A stretch of 63,041 bases of DNA, counting the filler, from Octopus bimaculoides (Eukaryota): the NCBI RefSeq assembly GCF_001194135.2. It is 6 parts of 6 records of this genome, joined end to end, with 100 filler letters (N's around TTAATTAATTAA, not from the genome) between each part and the next. Parts side by side here need not be neighbours in the genome. Positions count along the whole stretch, not along the records: positions 23,238 to 50,166 come from NC_068996.1; 5 more parts are not named here. The stretch is one strand, 5' to 3'. Below are positions 26,148 to 37,315 of the stretch, one piece after another. The translations under genes were made by a program, and so were the position numbers. How positions within the stretch are numbered: position 1 is the stretch's first letter; each line of letters starts with the position of its first letter. The notes beneath the pieces are model-generated. The model was given only the letters and a program-made list of their open reading frames with translations. It ran no database searches and had not been told where the DNA came from.

Positions 26148-26810
26148 AAAACCTGTTGGCACATGGCCTCTGTAGTAAGTGGCCTATCTAGAAAATGGAG
26201 GAGGAAAAGACTTCATTATTCTATAACCACAAGAGAATGTCTCCCTTTGGCTGTTATTCGTGATTGATTCTGTTATTGTGTGGATTCCGGGATGCCAGGT
26301 TAAGGGAGTCCTTTAATATCCTCGCCTGTTTGGCTATGCCCAATTTACAATGCTTGGCCCTGTTTATGTAAGGACCTGGATTTTCTGAGATTCTCCATGA
26401 TATTATATGTAGAATTCCTTTGTTCTTCAGCTGCCATACATGGCTGGTTAATGATGTAGCATATCTCCTCTCTGGTATCTTGAAAGAGGATTTGTGGGTG
26501 GAGAGGTGTTGCTTGAATATGTTACCGGAGCATCCAATGTATCTCGGTGCACGGATCGTGGCGATGTTGTCTCTGCTGGTATTGATGCTGCTGCTACTGC
26601 TGTTGTTGGTACCAGTGTTGTTGGTGTTGTTATTGGCATCATTAAAGGTGGCGATGGTATTGGTGTTGTTACTACTGGCATAGTAACAGAGGCGATTATG
26701 AATAACAGCCAAAGGGAGACAATCCTCTGTTGTTGACATTAACGAAGTCTTTTCCTCCTCCATTTTCTAGAGAGACCACTTGCAACAGAGGCCATGTGCC
26801 AATAGGTTTT

Positions 26811-26871
26811 GGGGTCTGATGATACACTGTAAAGCTAAGTGCTTTGTAGGTGTGAAACCTAGGGTTATCCC
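26811..26871 (+). ncRNA. Minimal hammerhead-like motif in right inverted repeat
   Basis: ggggt-CUGAUGA-t-acac...gtgt-GAAA-cctagg-GUU-atccc. Confidence 0.65.
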
Positions 26872-27101
26872 ATAGATCGCCCTTGTCTATCTTTATACTA
26901 CACTGCTCTATAACTTAGAATGTGCTTCTTTTTTTGGATTTATGATTTACCAACAATATATATATATAAAGAAAATTGAACACATACACAAGGTGTGAAT
27001 GCAGTTAGTTTGTGGGTTGGCTGCATTTTTAGGCATAAGTAAATATATTCTCAATGCATCTGGTGTTAAAACACCTGGATGTAGGTCAAACATATAATTA
27101 T

Positions 27102-27147
<46 letters not shown>

Positions 27148-27787
27148 CCTCATAAGCTCATCCCACCACACCCCAACACACTCCTACTCTACCTTCCCAC
27201 TCCACCCCATCCAATTCCTTACACCCACCACCCACCCCTACCCACATACCCCACCCTACCCACATACCCCTACCTCTACCCCACACTCCACCCATGCCTT
27301 CCCCACCTCCCAACACCCTCACATCACACCACACCAATACCCTCNNNNNNNNNNNNNNNNNNNNNNNNNNNNNNNNNNNNNNNNNNNNNNNNNNNNNNNN
27401 NNNNNNNNNNNNNNNNNNNNNNNNNNNNNNNNNNNNNNNNNNNNNNNNNNNNNNNNNNNNNNNNNNNNNNNNNNNNNNNNNNNNNNNNNNNNNNNNNNNN
27501 NNNNNNNNNNNNNNNNNNNNNNNNNNNNNNNNNNNNNNNNNNNNNNNNNNNNNNNNNNNNNNNNNNNNNNNNNNNNNNNNNNNNNNNNNNNNNNNNNNNN
27601 NNNNNNNNNNNNNNNNNNNNNNNNNNNNNNNNNNNNNNNNNNNNNNNNNNNNNNNNNNNNNNNNNNNNNNNNNNNNNNNNNNNNNNNNNNNNNNNNNNNN
27701 NNNNNNNNNNNNNNNNNNNNNNNNNNNNNNNNNNNNNNNNNNNNNNNNNNNNNNNNNNNNNNNNNNNNNNNNNNNNNNNNNNNNNNN

Positions 27788-27931
27788 TTTCTCCTTGTCT
27801 CCATATTCTTTCTGTTGAAGAGCGTAGCTCGAAACGTCAAAGACTTTCCGTATTCCCGAGCGTCATACTAATATATACTTTTGTTATTTACACCACCTGT
27901 CCTCGTCTGTTGTTATTTTTTGTATATTCTC

Positions 27932-27932
<1 letters not shown>
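27788..27932 (+). mobile_element. PLE pseudo-LTR-like repeat with variant hammerhead (27807-27843), ending in (AT)n
   Basis: tcttt-CUGUUGA-a-gagc/gta/gctc-GAAA-CGUC-aaaga; its 3' part recurs inverted at 55107-55197. Confidence 0.6.
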
Positions 27933-27972
<40 letters not shown>

Positions 27973-28129
27973 GGTACAGTTGTCACTAAAGTAATGGAAG
28001 TGCTAGTAAGCACCAGCATTGCAAGAAATAAGAGACAAAACAACTCTTTGCCACATGAGAGCACTTTTCTAACAGCTGACAAGGAAGACAGTCCTTTTAG
28101 CCAAATGAATCAACACCTGTACTTATTTT

Positions 28130-28392
28130 TTAAGCCTGGTACTTATTCTATCAGTCTCTTTTTCCGAAAATGCTAAGTTACAGGGACATAAACACACCAA
28201 TATTGGTTGTCAAGCAGTGATGGGGGAACAAACACAGAGACAAAGACACACACACACATAGATATATATACTTATATATATACAACGGGCTTCTTTCAGT
28301 TTCCGTCTACCAAGTCCACTCACAAGGTTTTGGTCAGCCCGAGGTTGTAATAGAAGACACTTGCCCAAGGTCCCACACAGCCACTCCTGCAC
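28130..28392 (-). mobile_element. SINE copy (4253/23238 family)
   Basis: High similarity to 23238-23528. Confidence 0.8.
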
Positions 28393-28414
28393 CTATATAT
28401 ATATATATATATAT

Positions 28415-29120
28415 CATCATCATCATCATCATCGTTTAACGTCCGCTTTCCATGTTAGCATGGGTTGGACAATTTGACTGAGGACTGGTGAAACCGGATG
28501 GCAACACCAGGCTCCAATCTAATTTGGCAGAGTTTCTACAGCTGGATGCCCTTCCTAACGCCAACCACTCAGAGAGTGTAGTGGGTGCTTTTACGTGTNN
28601 NNNNNNNNNNNNNNNNNNNNNNNNNNNNNNNNNNNNNNNNNNNNNNNNNNNNNNNNNNNNNNNNNNNNNNNNNNNNNNNNNNNNNNNNNNNNNNNNNNNN
28701 NNNNNNNNNNNNNNNNNNNNNNNNNNNNNNNNNNNNNNNNNNNNNNNNNNNNNNNNNNNNNNNNNNNNNNNNNNNNNNNNNNNNNNNNNNNNNNNNNNNN
28801 NNNNNNNNNNNNNNNNNNNNNNNNNNNNNNNNNNNNNNNNNNNNNNNNNNNNNNNNNNNNNNNNNNNNCAGGTACTGGCAACGGCCACGCTCAAAATGGT
28901 GCATCTCATGTGCCACCCGCACAAGAGCCAGTCCAGGGGCACTGGCAACGATCTTACTTGGCTTGCCGGGTCTTCTCACGCACAGCACATTTCCAAAGGT
29001 CTCGGTCAGTAGTCATCGCCTCGGTGAGGCCCAATGTACGAAGGTCTTGTCTCACCACCTCAGCTCAGGTCTTCCTGGGCCTACCTCTTCCACGGGTTCC
29101 CTCAACTGTTAGGGTGTGGC
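28415..29120 (-). mobile_element. RTE LINE 3' end and 3' UTR with (GAT)n tail (gapped)
   Basis: Matches 42490-42800 (GRGRPRKTW region) and ends in a (cat)n tract. Confidence 0.8.
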
Positions 29121-29199
29121 ACTTTATCATACCTGTGGGTAGTTTAAACTTGATTATTATATTCTGATAGCTTTCATTACTAAGTGACATACTCAGCAG

Positions 29200-29870
29200 T
29201 AGAGTTGTGTGCTCTGAAAGTATAATAATCAGATGGGATGGAGAAAGGTCATGGAGTTATTAAGTCTGCTGACAATGAAAGTCATCTCCCTCAAGATGAA
29301 GAGCAGATTGTATGATGCTTATGTCCAAACTGCAATTTACAGTAAACTGGCCACATTTACAGCATACTGGTCACTAGAAAAATGATTATGTCATTGCTAT
29401 GTCTTCAGTGATCACACATGCACACACATATACACAAGCAAAAAAGTATTAAAAATGCAGGTGAATACTTTATAAGCACTCTGTCAGGAGACAAATTGGC
29501 TAACTAAATTCTCCATTGAAAGCCATTGTAACCTACACCAGCTGTAAAATTTACTTTCTGTTCTCATGTACAACAAAGTGCAAATGTATTGAGATAAAAG
29601 TTGGGCATAAGAGGAATTAAACGTTGCATGCAAGAGAGAAAATTACGTTGGTTTGGACATGTGATGCATATGAATAAGGACAGCTGCATAAAGAAGTGCT
29701 GATCACTGAAAGTGAATGGTACCCATGGAAGAGGGAAACTCAGGAAGACATGGGATGAAGTGGTAAAGACAGATCTCAGGAAGTTGGGCCTCACAGAGGA
29801 AATGACAATGGACTGAGATGTCTGGCAATATGAAGTTCTTGAGAAGATCTACCCGCATCAGCAAAACTGA
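29200..29870 (+). mobile_element. RTE LINE 3' fragments
   Basis: RLYDAYVQT at ~29300; GIRGIKRCMQERKLRWFGHV...RGKLRKTWDEVVKTDLR at 29600-29780. Confidence 0.8.
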
Positions 29871-30689
29871 GTTCTAGAAGCACTGTGTTCCAACCACACT
29901 TAACAGAAAATCTTCTCACAAACTCTACCACAACAAACCAAACTATGTTTCTACATCTCTTCTCTTCCTTACATTTCTGCTTCATGTAATATGATTACTC
30001 CCACTCCCCAATCCTGTCCTCTTGGCCTGTATCATTGCTCTCTGCTTGTCCTCGACCTGTGTGCTCCACCCACACATAAGAAGAAAACTCTTCCCTCACC
30101 CTACCCCAACAAACCAATCTACACTCTACATCTCTTCTCTTTCTCATATTTCCTCCTTCATACTATGCATAGCTCTCACTCCCAAATCCTGCCCTCACAC
30201 CTTTGTTCCTCTGTATCATTGCTATCTGGTAGCCCCACTAACTCTATATATACCCAGGTCTTTCGCCACTTACTCATACTCTTTAATCATACTCCCTTCG
30301 CAATATCCTGCCACTTATATTATGGCATTTGAACCTCAAGGGTATGCCCTGGCACTTGCCACTATCTATATCTCTCTCTTCCTTTATTCAACCATCCCAT
30401 TTATATTCTGATCCCCATTCCTTGTGAGTATGCCCAGCATTTTGCCCCCATCCCTATCCTGCTGTCTCCCACACTCTCTCCTTCTCCTGCACTTCCCTCA
30501 GGTTGGTAACAATGGTGTGCTGTAGCACACCTCTTTCTGTCTTCATTCCTGATCTTTCTCTCTCCAACCAGGTAACCTTGTACTTCTACAGCAAGACACC
30601 TGTATCTGTCTCACTATAACTTTTTCCTCATCACCTCCTCCAATGCCTCCTCCCCTATTAAAAAGTTTTTTTTTAATGTTTTGCAAGGT

Positions 30690-30990
30690 ACTTGGTGACC
30701 CTGTCAGTGCAGGTGCCACTTAAAAGTATCCAGTCCACACTGTAAAGTGGTTAGCATTTGGAAGGGCATCCGGCTGTAAAAATTTTGGCAAAACTGACCT
30801 TGCCTGTGCTTGTGCCATGTAAAAAGCACTAAGACCACTCTGGTTGATTTCATGAAAGGCATCCAGCTGTGAAAATGTTGCCAAAACAGTCACAGAAGTC
30901 TGGTACAGGCTTCAGCCAGGCTGGCTCCTGTGGAACCATCCCACTCATGTTAGCATGGAAGGTAGACATTAAACGATGATGATGATGTCT
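30690..30990 (+). mobile_element. RTE 3' UTR/tail copy
   Basis: gaagggcatcc motifs and catgttagcatggaa...aacgatgatgatgatg tail. Confidence 0.7.
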
Positions 30991-31206
30991 GTTCAATTAT
31001 TGCATAGCAGAATTTTGAAATGTCAACCAATTTGAAACACGTGTAAGTAAGGGATTAAAGAATATATAATTCTCCATTTTTTGTGTTTTCCTTTATTCAT
31101 TTATTTATCTATGTATGTATGTAAATATAAAAACTATACATATGTATAGATACACACATATATACATATCCATGTGTGAATGTGTATGTGTGTGTATATA
31201 AACACA

Positions 31207-31268
<62 letters not shown>

Positions 31269-31728
31269 CATATNNNNNNNNNNNNNNNNNNNNNNNNNNN
31301 NNNNNNNNNNNNNNNNNNNNNNNNNNNNNNNNNNNNNNNNNNNNNNNNNNNNNNNNNNNNNNNNNNNNNNNNNNNNNNNNNNNNNNNNNNNNNNNNNNNN
31401 NNNNNNNNNNNNNNNNNNNNNNNNNNNNNNNNNNNNNNNNNNNNNNNNNNNNNNNNNNNNNNNNNNNNNNNNNNNNNNNNNNNNNNNNNNNNNNNNNNNN
31501 NNNNNNNNNNNNNNNNNNNNNNNNNNNNNNNNNNNNNNNNNNNNNNNNNNNNNNNNNNNNNNNNNNNNNNNNNNNNNNNNNNNNNNNNNNNNNNNNNNNN
31601 NNNNNNNNNNNNNNNNNNNNNNNNNNNNNNNNNNNNNNNNNNNNNNNNNNNNNNNNNNNNNNNNNNNNNNNNNNNNNNNNNNNNNNNNNNNNNNNNNNNN
31701 NNNNNNNNNNNNNNNNNNNNNNNNNNNC

Positions 31729-32300
31729 CTTTGCTTTCTTCTTTCTTATGGGTGTCCCACCTTGCTAACTATCAGCCATTTTGTGTTTTGTATTCCTATT
31801 GTATGTGTCTGCGCATGCGTATCCCTCAATGTGTGTCTATGTTTTTGTAAGTGCATGTGTGTGTATGGGGAGTGCCTGTATTATCTATATCCTCTGTTAA
31901 TACATGTTCGCTTGTTTTTGTTTTTATTTATTTATTTGTTCATGTGTTTATATCTACTTTTTTTTTGTATTTAATTTAATTTTGTTAACGTATGTAGTAT
32001 TTAATTCCATTTGTTTATCTATGTATTGTATTATATTTTGTTCATATTGTTATTGGTTTATGGGGAACGTATTGCCATATGTTGTGGTTTGTGGTTTGTT
32101 AGGGGTGTGTGTCAGTGTGCCATTCCAGTTTCCTATTCAGGCTAGGTTTATCTTCTATTATGTGTGTAACTTCTGTAATTTGTCTAAGTGCTGCGTCTCT
32201 GCTATGTGTGGATAAGATTTTAATTTCTATGTTGTTGAGTGAGCCTCCATGTTCTTGCTCAGCGTGCTGGTACAGAACTGATGAGCTCTTCCCTTCCTAA
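31729..32300 (-). mobile_element. Penelope-like element 3' end (GIY-YIG C-terminus + UTR)
   Basis: SSVLYQHAEQEHGGSLNNIEIKILSTHSRDAALRQITEVTHIIEDKPSLNRKLEW; the UTR piece ttcttatgggtgtcccaccttgctaactatcagc is shared with the repeat at ~51055-51092. Confidence 0.8.
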
Positions 32301-32590
32301 TTTGGCCTCCTAATTCCCCAGATTTCAATCCAATGGACTATTACATGTGGAGCATTGCTGAGAGAGAGGTCAATGAACACACCCATAAACCAAAGATTCT
32401 TTGAATGCTGCCATAGTCAGACTAATGTCCAAAATGAACCAGGACCACTTGATTCAAGCATGGAGAAGATTTAAATCTCATATAGAAACTGTTGTTGAAG
32501 CTGAAGGAAGTTATATTGAATAACATTATAGAAAAGAAGGTTTATTATTATCCTCATAGCATTTTTTGATAAATAAAATTATCTGTTTTT
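32301..32590 (+). mobile_element. Tc1/mariner transposase C-terminal fragment
   Basis: WPPNSPDFNPMDYYMWS...IETVVEAEGSYIE*. Confidence 0.85.
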
Positions 32591-32827
32591 TATAAACATA
32601 AATCTGTCCTCAAATATCATATGCAATCTGTATATATACATACATACATTCATACATATATACATACATATATATATATCCACAAACAATTTACATATGT
32701 GCACACATATATACATATATGTGTGTATGTGTCTATGCATGTGCATGTACATGCATACATGTATATATACTTGACTGTATGTGCAAGTGTATACGTGATA
32801 ATTACTGATAATTGAATGAGTACTTAC

Positions 32828-32911
32828 AATATCTGTGTCACTATCGCTGTCTTCAGCAGGTTCCCTCAGCAGATTAGCCAGTGCTCTAATATCACACTGT
32901 TGGAAAGCCAT
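32828..32911 (-). CDS. DNAAF6: Dynein axonemal assembly factor 6 (PIH1D3), first coding exon (exon probably starts at 32935)
   Basis: MAFQQCDIRALANLLREPAEDSDSDTDI has the ALxxLL...DSD N-terminal pattern; perfect gtaagt donor; tttctctctataaaag acceptor upstream. Confidence 0.8.
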
Positions 32912-32995
32912 CTCAGGATTGCCAAATTCCTTGAACTTTTATAGAGAGAAACCAATAAATTAATAAGAGGAAGGAAGGGAGGGAGGGAAGGAGGA

Positions 32996-32996
<1 letters not shown>

Positions 32997-33074
<78 letters not shown>

Positions 33075-33100
33075 TAAGAAAGAAAGAAAGAAAGAAAAAG
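32997..33100. repeat. (GAAA)n microsatellite
   Basis: Direct reading. Confidence 0.95.
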
Positions 33101-33482
33101 AGAAATTGTATGCATGTGTATTAATGATGGATTCTCTCATCATGAACAACAAATGAGGGATTAGTAAAATAAAGCGGAAACTATGTATCTCTTGGGGTCT
33201 TGCAAACCTTTTAGCAAATGGAACAAGCTGAGGACTCAGTTTGCTTAAATGCTTGTGTTTTCTTGATTTGACAGCAAGGCCTGCTTTGCTTCATGCCACG
33301 AAACCACAATGACAAGTAAGGTTTCCATTTAGAGGAGCAGCATTTTGCCAGCAGGCCTTTCAATTTAATGCATGATATATGGATTTAACTAATCCATTGG
33401 TACTGACAAAATAAATTATTATTCCATGATGTTGGCTGCCCAAAGTTCATAATCTTATGAATATTAACTAGTGAAATAAATA

Positions 33483-34424
33483 TGTAGGCGCAGCCTGACA
33501 GCAGCTGCCTAAATTAACTGGCAGTGGAATCGTTCCACCATTCCGTTCACGGCAGGATGGTAACTTGTGGTGTGGATGTACTGAACTCTGAGTAATCTCG
33601 AAAGCTCACGGAACAGACAAGCTTCAAATTGGCATCCACAATCAGTAGAAATTCTAGAGGGTACTCCAAAGCAAGATATCCATTCGGAGATGAGTGCTCT
33701 GGTGATCATTTCCATGGAAATGTCCACAAGGGAGATGGCTTCAGGTCATCTGGAGAAGCAGTCAATGCAGGTCAATATATAAGTAGATCTGCAACTGACC
33801 GGCCAAGGACCAACCAAGTCAATGTGTATGTGATGGAACTTGGTGTCCAGTGGCTGGAAGTGCCCAAGGGATGCTTATACATGATGATGCACCTTGGAAC
33901 ACTGACATGGTAGACAGGCACGTGACCAAGCAGTAATAGACTGACGCCAGAAAAAGTGGGCTGAGATAAGCTTTGTGTGTCCACAATGCCGGGGTGTGAC
34001 AATGAATGCAGTGCTTCAAAAACAGCACGACGGTGATGTTCAGGAATGAGGAGTCACCATTTTAGATGGTATCATTCTCACTGTGAAGAAGCCATCTAAT
34101 GATGACTCTGTTCAGAAGGCTGTAATAAGTCATTCGATAAAGAAACACAGTACAATGAATTCATAGAACGAAGCTGTAATTTTATATACTTTTACTTTTG
34201 ATCTCAAATACATACAAGTTGAATGATAATGGAAAGAGTTCATAAGTGAAGGGCCATGTTCATCTTCTGTGTACTATCTCATGTCTGCTAGCTGTCTACA
34301 TGTTTATGAGAGCCAGTCTTCACGGTCTGGTATCTTGACTAGAAAGAGAGGAAGACGCTCTGTGTGCCCTCTAGTGGCCAGCTAATTTAGGCAGCCACCA
34401 TCAGGGGAGATAACTGCACCTACA
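33483..34424 (-). mobile_element. Gypsy-type integrase fragment between TGT...ACA inverted termini with AATA TSD (Ginger-like or internally deleted LTR element)
   Basis: LIPEHHRRAVFEALHSLSHPGI...; WISCFGVPSRISTDCGCQFE...HTTSYHPAVNGMVERFH; ends tgtaggcgcag / ctgcacctaca; aata on both flanks. Confidence 0.8.
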
Positions 34425-34444
34425 AATATATTCCTCTCATACCT

Positions 34445-35245
34445 CCTGACTTTAGGCAGATTGTATGATGCTTATATACAAACAACCATGCTACATAGCA
34501 GTGAAACATGGGCTGTGACCACTAAGGACATGCATAAACTTTAAAGAAATGAAGCCAGTATGCTTTGCTGGATGTGCAATGTCAGTGTGCATATACAACA
34601 GAGTGTAAGCACCTTGAAAGAAAAGCTGGGCATAAGAGGCATCATATGTGGTCTGCAGGAAAGACAACTGCACTGGTATGGTCAGGTGATGGATATGGAT
34701 GAGGACAGCTGTGTAAAGTAGTGCTAATCTCTAACTTTAGAGGGAACCTGTGGATGAGGTAAACCCGGAAAGATATGGAATGAGGTGGTGAAGCATGATC
34801 TTTGAATATTGGGCCTCACAGAGGCAATGACTAGTGACCGAGACCTTTGGCAATATACTGTGCTTGAGAAGACCCATCAAGCCAAGTGAAATTGTAGTCA
34901 TGGCCAATGCTGGTGGCACATAAAGAGCAGCCATCAAAAGTTGGGCCTCACAGAGGTGATGACAAGTGAGCAAGACTGTTGGCAATATGTTGTGCTTGAG
35001 AAGACTCATCAAGACAAGTGAAATCATTGTTGTGGCTGATGCTGGTGTCACATAACTGGCACCCATGCCAGTGGCACATAAAAAAAAGCACCCATTATAC
35101 TCTTGGAGTGGTTGGCATGAGGAAGGGCATCCAGCCCTAGAAACCATGCCAAATTAGATTGGAACCTGATGCAGCTCTCTAGCTTACCAGTTTCAGTCAA
35201 ACCATCTAACCCATGCCAGCATGGGAAGCAGATGCTAAATGATGG
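34445..35245 (+). mobile_element. RTE LINE 3' end with duplicated terminal segment and 3' UTR
   Basis: RLYDAYIQTTMLHSSETWAVT...; ~100-bp segment repeated at ~34790-34935 and ~34940-35060. Confidence 0.85.
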
Positions 35246-35251
35246 TGTGTG

Positions 35252-35285
<34 letters not shown>

Positions 35286-35619
35286 CACATGCATATCAAA
35301 ATATGCATCTAAACTTCACAACATTAAATACAAAACAATTCTGAATCCAAGATTTTCTTCAAATAGCCGATTTACAGAACCATAAATTCTACTCTTGTAA
35401 ACAAAATTTGTAAAAAACATATATTTGTCATTTATATGACTATCTGAATGGCCATTACACTGTAAAATTCATACAAAATCAGTGTAAGACACACACACAT
35501 GGAGTATAAGCAAGATGTAATGCACACATATGCATGCACACACATACATACATACATACAAACATACATACAAACATTCATACATACTAATGTAGACACG
35601 TACATACATTCATACAAAC

Positions 35620-36125
35620 ATACACTTATGCATGCATACATACATACATACAGACATACATACACACATACATACATTCATACATGAATACATACATGCT
35701 TGTACATATGTACATACATGCATGCATGCATGCATGCATACATACATACGTACGTACATACATACATACATACATACATACGTACATACATACATACATA
35801 CGTACGTACATACATACATACATACATACAAACATACATACGTACATACATACATACATACGTACATACATACATACATACATACATACATACGTACATA
35901 CATACATACATACATACATACATACGTACGTACATACATACATACATACATACATACATACGTACATACATACATACATACATACATACATACATACGTA
36001 CGTACATACATACATACATACATACATACATACGTACGTACGTACATACATACATACATACGTACATACATACATACATACATATGTACATACATACATA
36101 CATACATACATGTATGCATGCATAC
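35620..36125. repeat. Long (CATA)n/(CGTA) compound microsatellite
   Basis: Direct reading. Confidence 0.95.
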
Positions 36126-36229
36126 ATAAGTAACACAAGCATGGCTCTGTGGTTAAGAAGTTTGTTTCTGAAATCAAATTCTATCTGTAGATTCTATTAA
36201 ATTTTGGAAGTGAAGAGACCAGTCACAGA

Positions 36230-36925
36230 ACCATTAAAAAAAATGGTCCAGTTAATCCTTTGATGATGAACTATACCATACTGAAACTCCTGGTAAAATA
36301 ATATGTGTATTCTCAGGTCTGCAGTTGTGGTGGTTAATTGAGCCATTTAATTTCAACGTATCCTCATCACTCCACAGAACCTCTATTGCAACATGTGCAG
36401 CTTCTGCACATCTTGTCAAGCAGCCCTCACAAAACTTTACTCTTCAGTCTGGACCATCTTCATTGAGAGTATGGACTATTTTGGGAATGTAACTTTTCCA
36501 ATGACAGTGCTTCAAATTGTGATGGTCTTATTTCACTTGGGCTTGCTGCAACAATTTGTCATGCCAAGCATTCAATACTTTAAAGATATGAAGTTTTATT
36601 TCCAACAAGATTGAACACGTCCACACTATTATAGTAATGTAAGGGTCCAAATTTGATGAGATTTTGCCAAACAGTTGGATTAGACAAAGAGGTTCAGTTG
36701 ACTGTCTCTTGCACTCACCAGATTTCAATCTTCTAGATTTTCTTTTATAGTGATACTTAAAAGATAAAGTTTACAGCACAAAATTGGAGCAGTCAGTGAA
36801 ATGAGGCCAACTATTGAATGAGAATGTGTACTAATACCAAAAAAGAAATGTTTTTTGATGTTAGCAATTACATTGCTTCAAGTTAGCAGCAGTACCTGGA
36901 CCAGAACAGTCATCAGTTTGAAAAT
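36230..36925 (+). mobile_element. Tc1/mariner-superfamily transposase catalytic-domain remnant
   Basis: FYFQQD*TRPHY, then SPDFNLLDF...LKDKVYST; frameshifted. Confidence 0.75.
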
Positions 36926-37169
36926 AAATGTCCATAAAATAATTCATTTCTGCCTGTCTGCTTGTTTGTTTTTGTGTGCGCATGTGTGTGTGTGTGTGTG
37001 TGCATACATGTGTGTGTGTGTGTGCATACATGTGTGTTTGTGTGTGCATACATGTGTGTGTGTGTCAAAAGCATTGAAAAATTATAATTGCATCATATCT
37101 CTCTATCTTATCTATTTATCAATCTATCTAATTGTATATGTGTCTGTGTGTTTAAATATCTATATATAT

Positions 37170-37315
37170 CCCGTAACTTAACGGTTCGGCAAAAGAGACC
37201 GATAGAATAAGTACTAGGCTTACAAAGAATAAGCTCTGGGGTCGATTTGCTCGACTATAAAGGCGGTGCCCCAGCATGGCCGCAGTCAAATCTGAAACAA
37301 GTAAAAGAGTAAAAG
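37170..37315 (+). mobile_element. SINE tail fragment
   Basis: ggttcggcaaaagagaccgatagaataag...ggtgccccagcatggccgcag; inverted relatives near 12520-12640 and 20750-20890. Confidence 0.65.

Larger units (their letters stand above)
26057..26897 (-). mobile_element. Penelope-like mini-element: GIY-YIG domain between ~200-bp inverted repeats
   Basis: 26057-26255 is the reverse complement of ~26690-26897; open frame YIGCSGNIFKQHLSTHKSSF...TSLTSHVWQLKNKG...WRI...PY...CKL; outer left end abuts (TA)n. Confidence 0.85.
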
